Below are positions 28,536 to 37,732 of a stretch of DNA of 64,000 bases, piece by piece. A model generated the notes under the pieces. It had not been told where the DNA came from. It made no database searches and saw nothing but the letters and a program-made list of their open reading frames with translations. This DNA is from Gammaproteobacteria bacterium (GTDB lineage Bacteria; Pseudomonadota; Gammaproteobacteria; Steroidobacterales; Rariloculaceae). Position numbers and translations under genes: made by a program. The stretch lies in assembly GCA_036381515.1 (NCBI GenBank), contig DASVCR010000078.1, forward strand, positions 14,371 through 78,370, in the 5' to 3' direction. How positions within the stretch are numbered: position 1 is the stretch's first letter; each line of letters opens with the position of its first letter.

Positions 28536-30497
28536 ATGAAGCGCAGACGACCCAATCTTCGCCCATCCTTCGCGCCCGCGAGCCGCCTCGCGCGCGTCGC
28601 GGCGGGCAGCCTCGTCATGGGGGTGCTGGCCGCCGCGATCGCGGAGGCGCAGACGGTGCAGCGGCCCGCCGAGCCCGACTACCGCACGTGGAACCAGTAT
28701 CTCGGCGGCGTCGACTCGTCGCAGTACTCCGCGCTCGATCAAATCAACCGGGACAACGTCACGCAGCTCGAGCCGGTGTGGAGCTACGAGACGGGCGACA
28801 ATCCGCTGTTCAACCCGATCGTCGTCGACGGCGTCATGTACGTGCGCGCACAGGGCGGGCTCGTCGCGCTCGACGCGGCCACGGGCCGCGAGATCTGGAG
28901 GAACGACATCTCCCCCGGGACGCGCGGCGTCAGCTACTGGGAGAGCGAGGACCGCTCGGACCGGCGGCTCCTGTATCTGAACCGCGGCTTCCTGACCGCG
29001 GTGGATGCGCGCACCGGCAAGGTGATCGAGTCGTTCGGCGACGGCGGCCGCGTCGACCTGCGGGTCGGTCTCGTCGACGACGTGAACAGCGTGCGGCCGC
29101 TACAGACGAACAATCCCGGCCGCGTCTTCGAGAACCTGATCATCATGTCGCTGCCCGCGGGCGGCGCGAGCTACAACTCGACGCCGGCGGACATCCACGC
29201 ATACGACGTTCGCTCGGGCGAGCTCGTCTGGGTCTTCCACACGGTGCCCCGCCCCGGCGAGTTCGGCGCGGACACGTGGCCGGACGGCGCGGCGCACGAC
29301 TTCGGCGGCGTGCACAACTGGAGCGAGTCCACCGTCGACGTCGAGCGCGGCATCGTCTTCATCCCGACCGGCACGGCACGTTACGACTTCTACGGCGCGA
29401 ACCGGCACGGCGACAACCTGTTCGGCAACAGCCTCATCGCGATCGACGCCCGCACCGGGAAGCGGCTGTGGCACTTCCAGACGATCCACCACGATCTGTG
29501 GGACTACGATATTCCGCAGGCGCCGAAGCTCCTGACCGTGCGCCACGACGGCGAGGAGGTCGACGTCGTCGCGCAGGCGACGAAGCAGGGATTCCTCTTC
29601 GTGTTCGAGCGTGACACGGGCGAGCCGCTCTGGCCGATCGAGGAGCGGCCCGTGCCGCAGTCGGATGCGCCGGGCGAGCAGTCGTCGCCGACGCAGCCGT
29701 TCCCGACCGCGCCGCCGCCGTTCGCGCGGCAATCGTTCACCGAGGACGACATCAATCCGTACATCCCGGAGGAAGACCAGGAGCGCCTGCGGGAGATGCT
29801 CCGGACGTACCGGAACGAAGGCCTGTACACGCCGCCGAGCCTGCAGGGCACGATCATGCTGCCGGGCCACAACGGCGGCGCGAACTGGGGCAGCGCGGCC
29901 GTCGATCCGGTGAACGGCAAGCTCTACATCGTCTCGAAGGAGCTGCCGACGACGGCGAACCTGCAGCTCCGTCAGGGCGGCGGCCCCGGCGGGCCGCAGG
30001 GCGGCGGCGGTCCCGTGCCGAACGAGGGCGAGGACTTCATCCCGTACTCGGTGCCGGTCGACTTCATGCTGCAGAGCAACGGCCTCTCCGCGATCGGCCC
30101 GCCGTGGTCCCGGCTCACCGCGTACGACCTGAACGAGGGCGTGATCGAGTGGCAGGTGCCGAACGGCGAGGTCGCATACCTTGCGGCCCAGGGCATCACC
30201 GGCACCGGCAGCCATGCGCCGCGCGGCGGCCCCGTCGTCACGGCCGGCGGGCTGCTCTTCGTCGGCACGTCGTCGGATCGCGCCTTCCGCGCGTACGACG
30301 TCGACACCGGCGAGGTGCTGTGGACGTATCGGCTCGACGCGGCATCGGAAGGCGTGCCGGCCGTCTACGAGGTGAACGGCCGCCAGTACATCACGATCGC
30401 GAGCGGCGGCTGGGGCCTCTTCGGCGTCCGCGAAGGGCTGCCGGAGCCGGGGCCGGGCAAGTACATCACGTTCGCGCTGCCCGACTCGGAAAGCTGA
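28536..30497 (+). CDS. Soluble periplasmic PQQ-dependent dehydrogenase, glucose/quinate/shikimate family (no membrane anchor)
   Basis: Signal peptide ..AAAIAEAQ. Contains SQYSALDQINRDNVTQLEPVW and HHDLWDYDIPQAPKLL (family hallmark). About 650 aa, equal to the propeller alone. Confidence 0.85.
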   Translation: MKRRRPNLRPSFAPASRLARVAAGSLVMGVLAAAIAEAQTVQRPAEPDYRTWNQYLGGVDSSQYSALDQINRDNVTQLEPVWSYETGDNPLFNPIVVDGVMYVRAQGGLVALDAATGREIWRNDISPGTRGVSYWESEDRSDRRLLYLNRGFLTAVDARTGKVIESFGDGGRVDLRVGLVDDVNSVRPLQTNNPGRVFENLIIMSLPAGGASYNSTPADIHAYDVRSGELVWVFHTVPRPGEFGADTWPDGAAHDFGGVHNWSESTVDVERGIVFIPTGTARYDFYGANRHGDNLFGNSLIAIDARTGKRLWHFQTIHHDLWDYDIPQAPKLLTVRHDGEEVDVVAQATKQGFLFVFERDTGEPLWPIEERPVPQSDAPGEQSSPTQPFPTAPPPFARQSFTEDDINPYIPEEDQERLREMLRTYRNEGLYTPPSLQGTIMLPGHNGGANWGSAAVDPVNGKLYIVSKELPTTANLQLRQGGGPGGPQGGGGPVPNEGEDFIPYSVPVDFMLQSNGLSAIGPPWSRLTAYDLNEGVIEWQVPNGEVAYLAAQGITGTGSHAPRGGPVVTAGGLLFVGTSSDRAFRAYDVDTGEVLWTYRLDAASEGVPAVYEVNGRQYITIASGGWGLFGVREGLPEPGPGKYITFALPDSES

Positions 30498-30512
30498 CCC
30501 TCGAAAGACGCG

Positions 30513-30544
30513 AAGCGGGCCGGCGATCGCTCGCCGGCCCGCTT
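30513..30544. terminator. Bidirectional hairpin terminator between convergent genes
   Basis: Perfect 14-bp stem aagcgggccggcga / tcgccggcccgctt with a 4-nt loop, verified base by base. Confidence 0.6.
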
Positions 30545-30570
30545 CCTATCGAGCGCGAGAGACGCGCGCC

Positions 30571-31581
30571 TCAGTTCTGGTTCCGCACCTGCTGCTGACG
30601 CTCGTAGCGCGACGTCTCGATGTAACTGCGCACCTGGATGTTGCCCTCGTGGCACGCGTACTCGAAGATCTCGTAGTCGTTGTTCAGCACCCACGTGTAG
30701 GCCGCCGTCCACGGCCGCGTCTGCATGACGGGATCCGCGACGGTGATCTCGTACTCGAGGCGATCATCGCTGACGCGCGTGAAGCGCTCCGTGATGTGAA
30801 GCTCCTCGCTCGTCGGCGTGTTGTAGCGCGGCGACCCGCTCGTGCCGATGTTCGTCATGTGCGGGATGCCGTTGAAGTTCGTCGTCTCGACGACGAGCGT
30901 GTTGCCCTCCCAGCGGCCGCGTGACTCGCCCATCCACTGCTTGATCTCGGGATCGAGCGGCGGCCGGCCGTCGAGCGGAATGATGCGCGCCTCGTGGATC
31001 ATCTCGAGCCGCAGCACGACATAGCCCGGCGTCTGGATGATCTCGATGCCGTTGTTGTACTGCATCGGGAACATCGACGCGGGCAGACCGCGCGTGATGC
31101 AGCGATCCCAGACGTCGAAGTCCTCGGGGCGATCCCACGTGTCGCGGAACCAGCTCGAGCCCATCGTCGGCGAGATCTGCTTGCCGAGCTCGGTCAGCTC
31201 CGGGAACTGGCCGTCCGGCGGATCGACGATCAGCGACGCGACGCGCGTCGGGATCTGCCCGGCCTCGGCCCAGTGGCCCATGCCCATCCGGCCCGACTGA
31301 ATCTCGCGTTCGTAGGCCGAGTTGCGGTTCGCGAGCTGCTCCTCGCGCTGCCTGTACTCCTCCTCCGTCAGCACGTTCCGCGTGCCGAACTCCGGCGGAC
31401 GAACGAGCGGAACGCCGGTCATGTGATTCACCGGCCACATGCCCTGCAGGTCGGGGTCGCCCCACGGCGTCCTCGGGTGCTCCCAGCTCGACTCCTGCGC
31501 GACGCTCGGCGCAGTCGCCCCGAGCAGGGCCGCGGCGACGCCTGCCGCGATCAGTCCGGGCCGCAAGATCCGCTCCTTCAT
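30571..31581 (-). CDS. Secreted uncharacterised protein, paralog A (WEG[ND]TLVVET family)
   Basis: Signal peptide MKERILRPGLIAAGVAAALLGATAPSVA. Shares GDPDLQGMW, C..RG.P and GRWEGNTLVVETTNFNG blocks with the 33880-34698 product. Confidence 0.75.
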   Translation of the reverse strand: MKERILRPGLIAAGVAAALLGATAPSVAQESSWEHPRTPWGDPDLQGMWPVNHMTGVPLVRPPEFGTRNVLTEEEYRQREEQLANRNSAYEREIQSGRMGMGHWAEAGQIPTRVASLIVDPPDGQFPELTELGKQISPTMGSSWFRDTWDRPEDFDVWDRCITRGLPASMFPMQYNNGIEIIQTPGYVVLRLEMIHEARIIPLDGRPPLDPEIKQWMGESRGRWEGNTLVVETTNFNGIPHMTNIGTSGSPRYNTPTSEELHITERFTRVSDDRLEYEITVADPVMQTRPWTAAYTWVLNNDYEIFEYACHEGNIQVRSYIETSRYERQQQVRNQN

Positions 31582-31770
31582 CGAAACCCTCCGTCGATTC
31601 GAAATTTTCGCTCGAGCCCGCAGAGCTTTCTCATCCGGACTCGCGAGTTCGCCGAGTATACGCGCTCGTCCGCGACAGCGTCGAACGCGGCGCCCTTGGG
31701 CTCGGGCACATTCAGCGTGTATCTTTAGCGCGATTCTGCCCGCCACGCGGCATTGCGGAGATCAAGAATA

Positions 31771-33708
31771 ATGAAGCGAATTCCGGCACTCGTCGCCGCG
31801 GGAGCGGCGGCGGCCTTCGTTGGCGCAGCGGGTTCCGACGCACGCGCCCAGGACAGCGACGCCCGATGGAGCAACAGTCACATGCCCGCCGGTGACTGGC
31901 GCACGATCCACCGCGATCTCGCCGCGACGCGCTACTCGCCGCTCGATCAGATCGACGTGCACAACGTCGCGAGCCTCGAGCGCGTCTGGACCTACCGCCT
32001 GAACGGCAACTCGACCGCGGTGCCGATCGTGATCGACGGCGTCATGTACGTGCCGAGCGGCGACCGCGTCGTCGCCCTCGACGGGAGCACCGGCGAGGAG
32101 AAGTGGGCTTATGTCGTCCCCCGGCCGGAAGGTCGGGGCGGCGGACCGGGCGGCGTGTCGACGCGCGGCGTCGGGTACTGGGCGGGCGACGCGAGCACGC
32201 CGCCGCGCATCCTCTTCATGGCCGGCTCGCGCCTCTACGCGGTCGACGCCGCGACCGGCACGCCGTCCGCGGGGTTCGGCGAGAACGGCAGCGTCGACGT
32301 CGGCGTACCGTACCGCGGCACGCCGACGATCTACGGCAACGTCGCCGTGATCGGCGCGAACGTGAACGAGGTGCCGCAGGGGCCGCCCGGCAACCCGCGC
32401 GCGTTCGACGTGCGCACAGGCAGGAAGCTCTGGGAGTTTCAGACGGTGCCGCGCCCCGGCGAGCCCTACAACGAGACGTGGGGCGACGGCTGGGAGAACC
32501 GCTCCGGCACGAACATGTGGGCGTTTGCCGCGCCCGTCGACGCGGAGCGAGGAATCGTCTATCTGCCGATCGCGGGGCCCGCGGCGAACTACTACGGCGG
32601 CGACCGCCCGGGCGAGAACGTGTTCGCGAACTCGATCGTCGCGGTCGACGCGGAAACCGGCGAGTACCTGTGGCATTTCCAGACGGTGCATCACGACCTC
32701 TGGGACTCCGACATGCCGTCCGCCGGCGCGCTGATCGACACGATCGTCGGCGGCCGGCGCGTGCCGTCGCTCGTGCACGTCGGCAAGACGAGCTACCTCT
32801 TCGTGCTGAACCGCGAGACCGGCGAGCCCGTGATCGACGTCGAGGAGCGGCCGGTGCCGAAGGGCGACGTGCCGGGCGAGTGGTACTCGCCGACGCAGCC
32901 GTTCCCGGTCAAGCCGCCCCCGCTCGCGCGCGTCAGCTTCACGCGCGACGAGATCGTGACGCCCGAGGAGACGACGCCCGAGCACTCGGCCGCGTGCCAC
33001 AAGTTCTGGGAGATGAGCGGCGGCTTCTACAACGCGGGGCCGTTCACGCCGTTCCTCTATCACGAGAAGGGGACTCCGCCCGCGTCGACGATCCAGTTCC
33101 CGGGCGGCACCGGCGGCGTCAACTGGGGCGGCGTCGCGGCGGACCCGACGACCGGCATCGTGTACGTGAACTCGCACGACACGTCGCTCGTCGGCTGGGT
33201 CGAGGACAAGGACCCGAACGTAACGTACAGCTTCGAGGCCGTCGGCTCGAGGCAGCCCTACGATCGCGCGAGCATCCTCGGCGTCGGGCCGTTCTTCAGC
33301 TTCAACGCGCCGATCAGCGGCGAGTTCGACGAGCAAGGCAGGCCCGTCGGCCCGACCCTGCCCTGCCACCGGCCGCCGTGGGCGCGGCTGATCGCCGTCG
33401 ACACGAACAAGGGCGAGATCCTGTGGGAGTCGGTGCTCGGGCTGAACGAGCTCCTGCCCGAGGGCAAGCAGCTCGTCGGCAACTCGGGCAGCGCAGGGCC
33501 CACGGTCACCGGCGGCGACCTCGTGTTCATCGGCGCGACGAACGACCGGCGCTTCCGCGCGTTCGACGCCCGCACCGGCGAGGAGCTGTGGCACGCCGAG
33601 CTCGAAGCCAACGCGAACGCGAATCCGATGAGCTACGCGGATGCTCTCGGCAAGCAGCACGTCGCGATCGTCGCCGGAGACACGGTCAACGTATTTGCGT
33701 TACCCTGA
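31771..33708 (+). CDS. Soluble periplasmic PQQ-dependent dehydrogenase, glucose/quinate/shikimate family (paralog of 28536-30497)
   Basis: Signal peptide. Contains TRYSPLDQIDVHNVASLERVW and HHDLWDSDMPSAGALI; collinear similarity to the 28536 gene. Confidence 0.85.
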   Translation: MKRIPALVAAGAAAAFVGAAGSDARAQDSDARWSNSHMPAGDWRTIHRDLAATRYSPLDQIDVHNVASLERVWTYRLNGNSTAVPIVIDGVMYVPSGDRVVALDGSTGEEKWAYVVPRPEGRGGGPGGVSTRGVGYWAGDASTPPRILFMAGSRLYAVDAATGTPSAGFGENGSVDVGVPYRGTPTIYGNVAVIGANVNEVPQGPPGNPRAFDVRTGRKLWEFQTVPRPGEPYNETWGDGWENRSGTNMWAFAAPVDAERGIVYLPIAGPAANYYGGDRPGENVFANSIVAVDAETGEYLWHFQTVHHDLWDSDMPSAGALIDTIVGGRRVPSLVHVGKTSYLFVLNRETGEPVIDVEERPVPKGDVPGEWYSPTQPFPVKPPPLARVSFTRDEIVTPEETTPEHSAACHKFWEMSGGFYNAGPFTPFLYHEKGTPPASTIQFPGGTGGVNWGGVAADPTTGIVYVNSHDTSLVGWVEDKDPNVTYSFEAVGSRQPYDRASILGVGPFFSFNAPISGEFDEQGRPVGPTLPCHRPPWARLIAVDTNKGEILWESVLGLNELLPEGKQLVGNSGSAGPTVTGGDLVFIGATNDRRFRAFDARTGEELWHAELEANANANPMSYADALGKQHVAIVAGDTVNVFALP

Positions 33709-33879
33709 GCGCCCCGGAGAGGGCCGGCGGAGCGAGCACGCTAGGGAAAATCAGGATCGCCCTTGTAGAAAATTAAGATCGCCGGGGGCCGGGAACGGGG
33801 TACTGTCGCACCCGTTCCTGCGGACCTCGGGCATTTTGCAAAACAGGTCCCGGTAACTATGGCAGAGGAGAGCTTTCAG

Positions 33880-34698
33880 ATGCGAAATCGATTGGCAGGC
33901 GCTATCGCGACGGCCCTGGCAGTGGCCGTCACCGCGGGTACCGCGCAAGCGCAGCAACAAGAGCGACCGGAGCGCCTGTTGGGCAAGCCCAACCTGAACG
34001 GGATTTGGCAGGCGATGAACACTGCGTACTGGAACCTCGAGGCGCATTCGGCCGAGCAGATCGAGGAGTTCTGGCAGATGGGCGCCTTCGCCGCGATCCC
34101 GGCAGGACAGAGCGTCGTCCGCGAAGGCAAGATCCCGTACAAGCCCGAAGCCCTCGCACAGCGCGACGAGAACCGCAAGAACTGGCCCGAGGCCGACCCC
34201 GCCGCGAAGTGCTACATGCCCGGGATTCCGCGCGCCACGTATCAGCCCTTCCCGTTCCAGATCTTCCAGGGGGACGGCGACATCCTGATGGTCTACCCGT
34301 TCGCGTCGACGAACCGGGTCATCAACATGGTCGAGCACCAGCCCGCCGTCGTCGACACGTGGATGGGCTACTCGAACGGCCGCTGGGAAGGCGACACGCT
34401 AGTCGTAGAAACCGAAGGGTTCAACGGCAAGACGTGGCTCGACCGCGCGGGTAACTTCGCGAGCCGCACGCTGAAGGTCACCGAGCGCTTCACGCCGCGC
34501 GGGCCGGACCACCTCTGGTACGAGGCGACGCTCGAGGATCCGGCTACGTTCTCGTCGCCGTGGACGATCGAGATGATGCTGTACCGTAACGTCGAGCCGA
34601 ATGCGCAGCTGCTCGAGTTCAAGTGCGTGCCGTTCGCCGACATGCTGCTGTACCACGATCTGCTGCTTCCGCAGGACCAGCAGCCACAGCAAGATTGA
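33880..34698 (+). CDS. Secreted uncharacterised protein, paralog B (WEG[ND]TLVVET family)
   Basis: GAGGAG Shine-Dalgarno 9 nt before ATG 33880. Signal peptide ..TAGTAQA. Contains GKPNLNGIW, KCYMPGIPR, GRWEGDTLVVETEGFNGKTW. An alternative ATG lies at 33859. Confidence 0.75.
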   Translation: MRNRLAGAIATALAVAVTAGTAQAQQQERPERLLGKPNLNGIWQAMNTAYWNLEAHSAEQIEEFWQMGAFAAIPAGQSVVREGKIPYKPEALAQRDENRKNWPEADPAAKCYMPGIPRATYQPFPFQIFQGDGDILMVYPFASTNRVINMVEHQPAVVDTWMGYSNGRWEGDTLVVETEGFNGKTWLDRAGNFASRTLKVTERFTPRGPDHLWYEATLEDPATFSSPWTIEMMLYRNVEPNAQLLEFKCVPFADMLLYHDLLLPQDQQPQQD

Positions 34699-34823
34699 GA
34701 AAGCGACCGGAACAAACCCATACGAACTGGTCTAAAATGTCAGCCGACGAGCACGCACCGAGACGATTTGTTAAATACCCGGACGAAGTGCGAAGCGATC
34801 AGCTGAAATAGGAGTAAGAGGTT

Positions 34824-35219
34824 ATGCGAAAGACGTTTTTGAGCATCGCGGCCGGGGCCGGATTCATGCTCTCCGCCGGATCGGCGCTCGCGCATCATTC
34901 CTTTGCTGCGGAGTTCGACCGCAACAAGCCCGTGTCTCTCGAGGGCGTGGTCGTGGAGTTCGAGTGGGTCAATCCGCACTCGTGGCTGCACATCGACGTC
35001 ACGAAGCCGGACGGCACGGTCGAGCGCTGGATGATCGAGGGCGGTGCGCCGAGCGCCCTGCTCCGCCGAGGCTGGACGCGTGACACGCTCCCGCCCGGAA
35101 CGAAGGTCCAGGTCACCGGCTTCCAGGCGAAGGACGGCTCGCTCCGAGCGAACTCGACGGGCGTCGTGTTCCCGGACGGCACGAGCCTCGACCTCGGCGG
35201 CACTCGCGTCGACCAGTAA
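34824..35219 (+). CDS. DUF6152-like small periplasmic protein
   Basis: Signal peptide ..SAGSALA, then mature N-terminus HHSFAAEFD..VSLEGVVVEFEWVNPHSW. Strong AGGAG Shine-Dalgarno. Confidence 0.75.
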   Translation: MRKTFLSIAAGAGFMLSAGSALAHHSFAAEFDRNKPVSLEGVVVEFEWVNPHSWLHIDVTKPDGTVERWMIEGGAPSALLRRGWTRDTLPPGTKVQVTGFQAKDGSLRANSTGVVFPDGTSLDLGGTRVDQ

Positions 35220-35261
35220 CACCGACGGCCCTCGCCGCGCGAGGGCCTGCACGGACGAAGG

Positions 35262-35292
35262 AACGGGGCCCTCGGGCCCCGTTTCCTTTTTT
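35262..35292 (+). terminator. Rho-independent terminator
   Basis: 9-bp stem aacggggcc/ggccccgtt, 4-nt loop, followed by a tcctttttt tail. Confidence 0.8.
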
Positions 35293-35308
35293 CGTGCCCC
35301 CGCCATTC

Positions 35309-35337
35309 GCGACAATACCGCGTCGATCAAGTATATT
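35309..35337 (+). promoter_or_regulatory. Candidate sigma70 promoter with overlapping inverted repeat (operator?)
   Basis: gcGACA (35309-35314), 17 nt, TATATT (35332-35337). Inverted repeat GACAATA (35311-35317) / TATTGTC (35334-35340). Confidence 0.4.
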
Positions 35338-35389
35338 GTCTCGCTGTTTCCACACCTTTATTTGCCCGCGCGGCGAAGGAGAAAGAAAG

Positions 35390-36268
35390 ATGCCGCTCGT
35401 CAATATGAAGCCGGTTCTGGCCGAGGCGAAGTCGCAGGGATATGCGGTCGCGGCCTTCAATCCGGTCGACTATGCGTCGATGAAAGCAATGGTGGCCGCA
35501 GCCGAGGAGCTGAATGCGCCCGTCATCGTCCAGACGTCCGCGAAGACGATCAAGTACTACGGCCATCGTGCGCTCGTCGAATGGATGCGTGAGATCGCCG
35601 GCGAGTCCCCGGTCCCCGTCGTGCTGCATCTCGACCACGGCAAGGACTTCGAGATGATCAAGAAGTGCGTCGAGATGGGCTGGACCTCGGTCATGATCGA
35701 CGCGTCCGAGTACCCGTTCGAGAAGAACCTCGAGCTGTCGCGCCGCGTCGTCGACATCGCGTCGGCGAAGAGCGTCGGCGTCGAGGCGGAGATCGGGCAG
35801 ATCATGGGCGTCGAGGACGACATGGTCGTCGACGAGAAAGACTCGCATTACACCGATCCGAACGAGGCCGAGAAGTTCTGCCGTGAGCTCGATCTCGCCG
35901 CGTTCGCCGCCGCGATCGGCACGGCGCACGGCTACTACAAGGGCGAGCCGAACGTTCGTTTCGACTTGATCGAAGAGATCAACAAGCGCACCGGCGTGCC
36001 GATGGCGCTGCACGGCGGCACGGGTCTCTCGGACGAGGTGATCCAGCGCTGCATCAAGCTCGGCTGCGCGAAGATCAACATCTCCACGAACCTGAAGCAC
36101 GTCTTCATCGACAGCTTCGTCGGGTATCACGAGCAGAACCCGAAGGACTACGAGCCTCTGCGGGTGCTCGGCGCCCAGTTCGAAGCGATGAAGGCGCTCT
36201 TCAAGGAGAAGATCCAGCAGTTCGGCGGCGCGAACCGGGCGCCCGAGCTCCTCGCGAAGGTCGCGTGA
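35390..36268 (+). CDS. Class II ketose/fructose-bisphosphate aldolase family protein
   Basis: YAVAAFN, VIVQTS, LHLDHG, EAEIG, HGGTG motifs. AAGGAGAAAG Shine-Dalgarno before ATG 35390. Confidence 0.9.
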   Translation: MPLVNMKPVLAEAKSQGYAVAAFNPVDYASMKAMVAAAEELNAPVIVQTSAKTIKYYGHRALVEWMREIAGESPVPVVLHLDHGKDFEMIKKCVEMGWTSVMIDASEYPFEKNLELSRRVVDIASAKSVGVEAEIGQIMGVEDDMVVDEKDSHYTDPNEAEKFCRELDLAAFAAAIGTAHGYYKGEPNVRFDLIEEINKRTGVPMALHGGTGLSDEVIQRCIKLGCAKINISTNLKHVFIDSFVGYHEQNPKDYEPLRVLGAQFEAMKALFKEKIQQFGGANRAPELLAKVA

Positions 36269-36275
36269 GCCCGCG

Positions 36276-37001
36276 ATGACGATGCAAGCGTTGATTTTCG
36301 ACTGCGACGGCGTGCTCGTCGACACGGAACGCGACGGTCATCGCGTCGCGTTCAACCGAGCCTTCGCGGAGATGGGGCTCGACGTCTCGTGGGACGTCGA
36401 GCTCTACGGCGAGCTTCTGAAGGTCGCCGGCGGAAAGGAACGGATGACGGCGTACTTCGAGAAGGCTGGCTGGCCGGCCGAAGCGAAGGACAAGACCGCG
36501 TTCATCGCCGAGCTCCACAAGCGCAAGACGGCGATCTTCAAGGACATGATCGCGACGGGCCAGCTTCCGCTGCGCTCCGGCATCAACCGCATCATCGACG
36601 AGGCGTCCGCCGCAGGCATCCGCCTCGGGGTCTGCACGACGTCGAATCCGATCTCGGTGGACGGCGTGCTCGACCTGATGGGCCCAGAGCGCAAGCGCAA
36701 GTTCGAGTTCGTCCTCGCCGGCGACGTGGTCTCGAAGAAAAAGCCGGATCCGGAAATCTACAATCTCGCGAAAGAGCGGCTCGGCCTGCCCGGCTCGAGC
36801 TGCATGGTCATCGAGGATAGCCGTAACGGTCTGCTCGCCGCGCACGGCGCCGGCATGCCGTGCCTGATCACGACGAGCACGTACACGATCAACGAGAACT
36901 TCGATCACGCGGTCAAGGTCGTGCCCGAGCTGGGCGATCCGCCCAACGTCCTCGTGACGCTCGCCGACCTGAAGGCGCTCGCGGCCGAACGCGCCGCCTA
37001 A
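36276..37001 (+). CDS. HAD-IA hydrolase, CbbY-like sugar-phosphate phosphatase
   Basis: LIFDCDGVLVDTERDGHRVAFN, CTTS, KKPDPEIY, IEDSRNGLLAAHGAGM. Confidence 0.8.
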   Translation: MTMQALIFDCDGVLVDTERDGHRVAFNRAFAEMGLDVSWDVELYGELLKVAGGKERMTAYFEKAGWPAEAKDKTAFIAELHKRKTAIFKDMIATGQLPLRSGINRIIDEASAAGIRLGVCTTSNPISVDGVLDLMGPERKRKFEFVLAGDVVSKKKPDPEIYNLAKERLGLPGSSCMVIEDSRNGLLAAHGAGMPCLITTSTYTINENFDHAVKVVPELGDPPNVLVTLADLKALAAERAA

Positions 37002-37027
37002 GCGGCTTGCACGAGAGGAACGACAAC

Positions 37028-37687
37028 ATGAAGGAAATCACGCTTGCGGACGTCGAACGCGCGATCCAATCGATCGCGGATACGGCGCTGCGCAACGAAA
37101 AGTATTTCTCGGAGCTCGATTCGGCCGCCGGCGACGCCGATTTCGGCGTCTCCCTCGCGTCCGGCTTTCGCGTTGTGCAGAAGGACTGGGACCAGCTCGA
37201 CCGCAGCTCGATCGGCGCGTTCCTGTTGAAGATCAGCATGATCATCAGCAGGAACGTCGGCGGCTGCTCGGGACCGATCTGGGGCACCGGGTTCATGCGG
37301 GCCGCCGCGCTGTCGCGCGACAAGACGAGCATCACGCTCGACGAGCTCGAGAAGATGCTGACGGCGGCGATCGAGGGGATCCAGCAGCGCGGCGGCGCGG
37401 TCGCCGGCGACAAGACGCTGCTCGACGCGCTGATCCCGGTGCGCGACAAGATCAAGGAGTACGTCGGCCGCGACGATGCCGATCCCGGCGAGGTGCTGCG
37501 CGAGGCGGCGGCCGTCGCGACCGACGCGATCGAGCGTACGCGCGACTGGGTCGCGAAGCGCGGCCGTCAGTCGTTCACGGGCGAGCGCAGCATCGGAAGC
37601 CCCGATCCCGGCATCGTGGCGGTTGCGACGATGCTGAACGACCTCTGCAAAGCGGTCGGCGTCGAGCCGGTGAGCAAGGCGAGCTGA
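37028..37687 (+). CDS. dhaL: Dihydroxyacetone kinase, ADP-binding subunit DhaL
   Basis: LDSAAGDADFG, GCSGPIWG, GDKTLLDAL, GRQSFTGERSIGSPDPG. ATG 37028. Confidence 0.9.
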   Translation: MKEITLADVERAIQSIADTALRNEKYFSELDSAAGDADFGVSLASGFRVVQKDWDQLDRSSIGAFLLKISMIISRNVGGCSGPIWGTGFMRAAALSRDKTSITLDELEKMLTAAIEGIQQRGGAVAGDKTLLDALIPVRDKIKEYVGRDDADPGEVLREAAAVATDAIERTRDWVAKRGRQSFTGERSIGSPDPGIVAVATMLNDLCKAVGVEPVSKAS

Positions 37688-37732
37688 TCCATCCGCATCA
37701 TTGACAATACCAACAACCCTGGGGGCCAGGTC

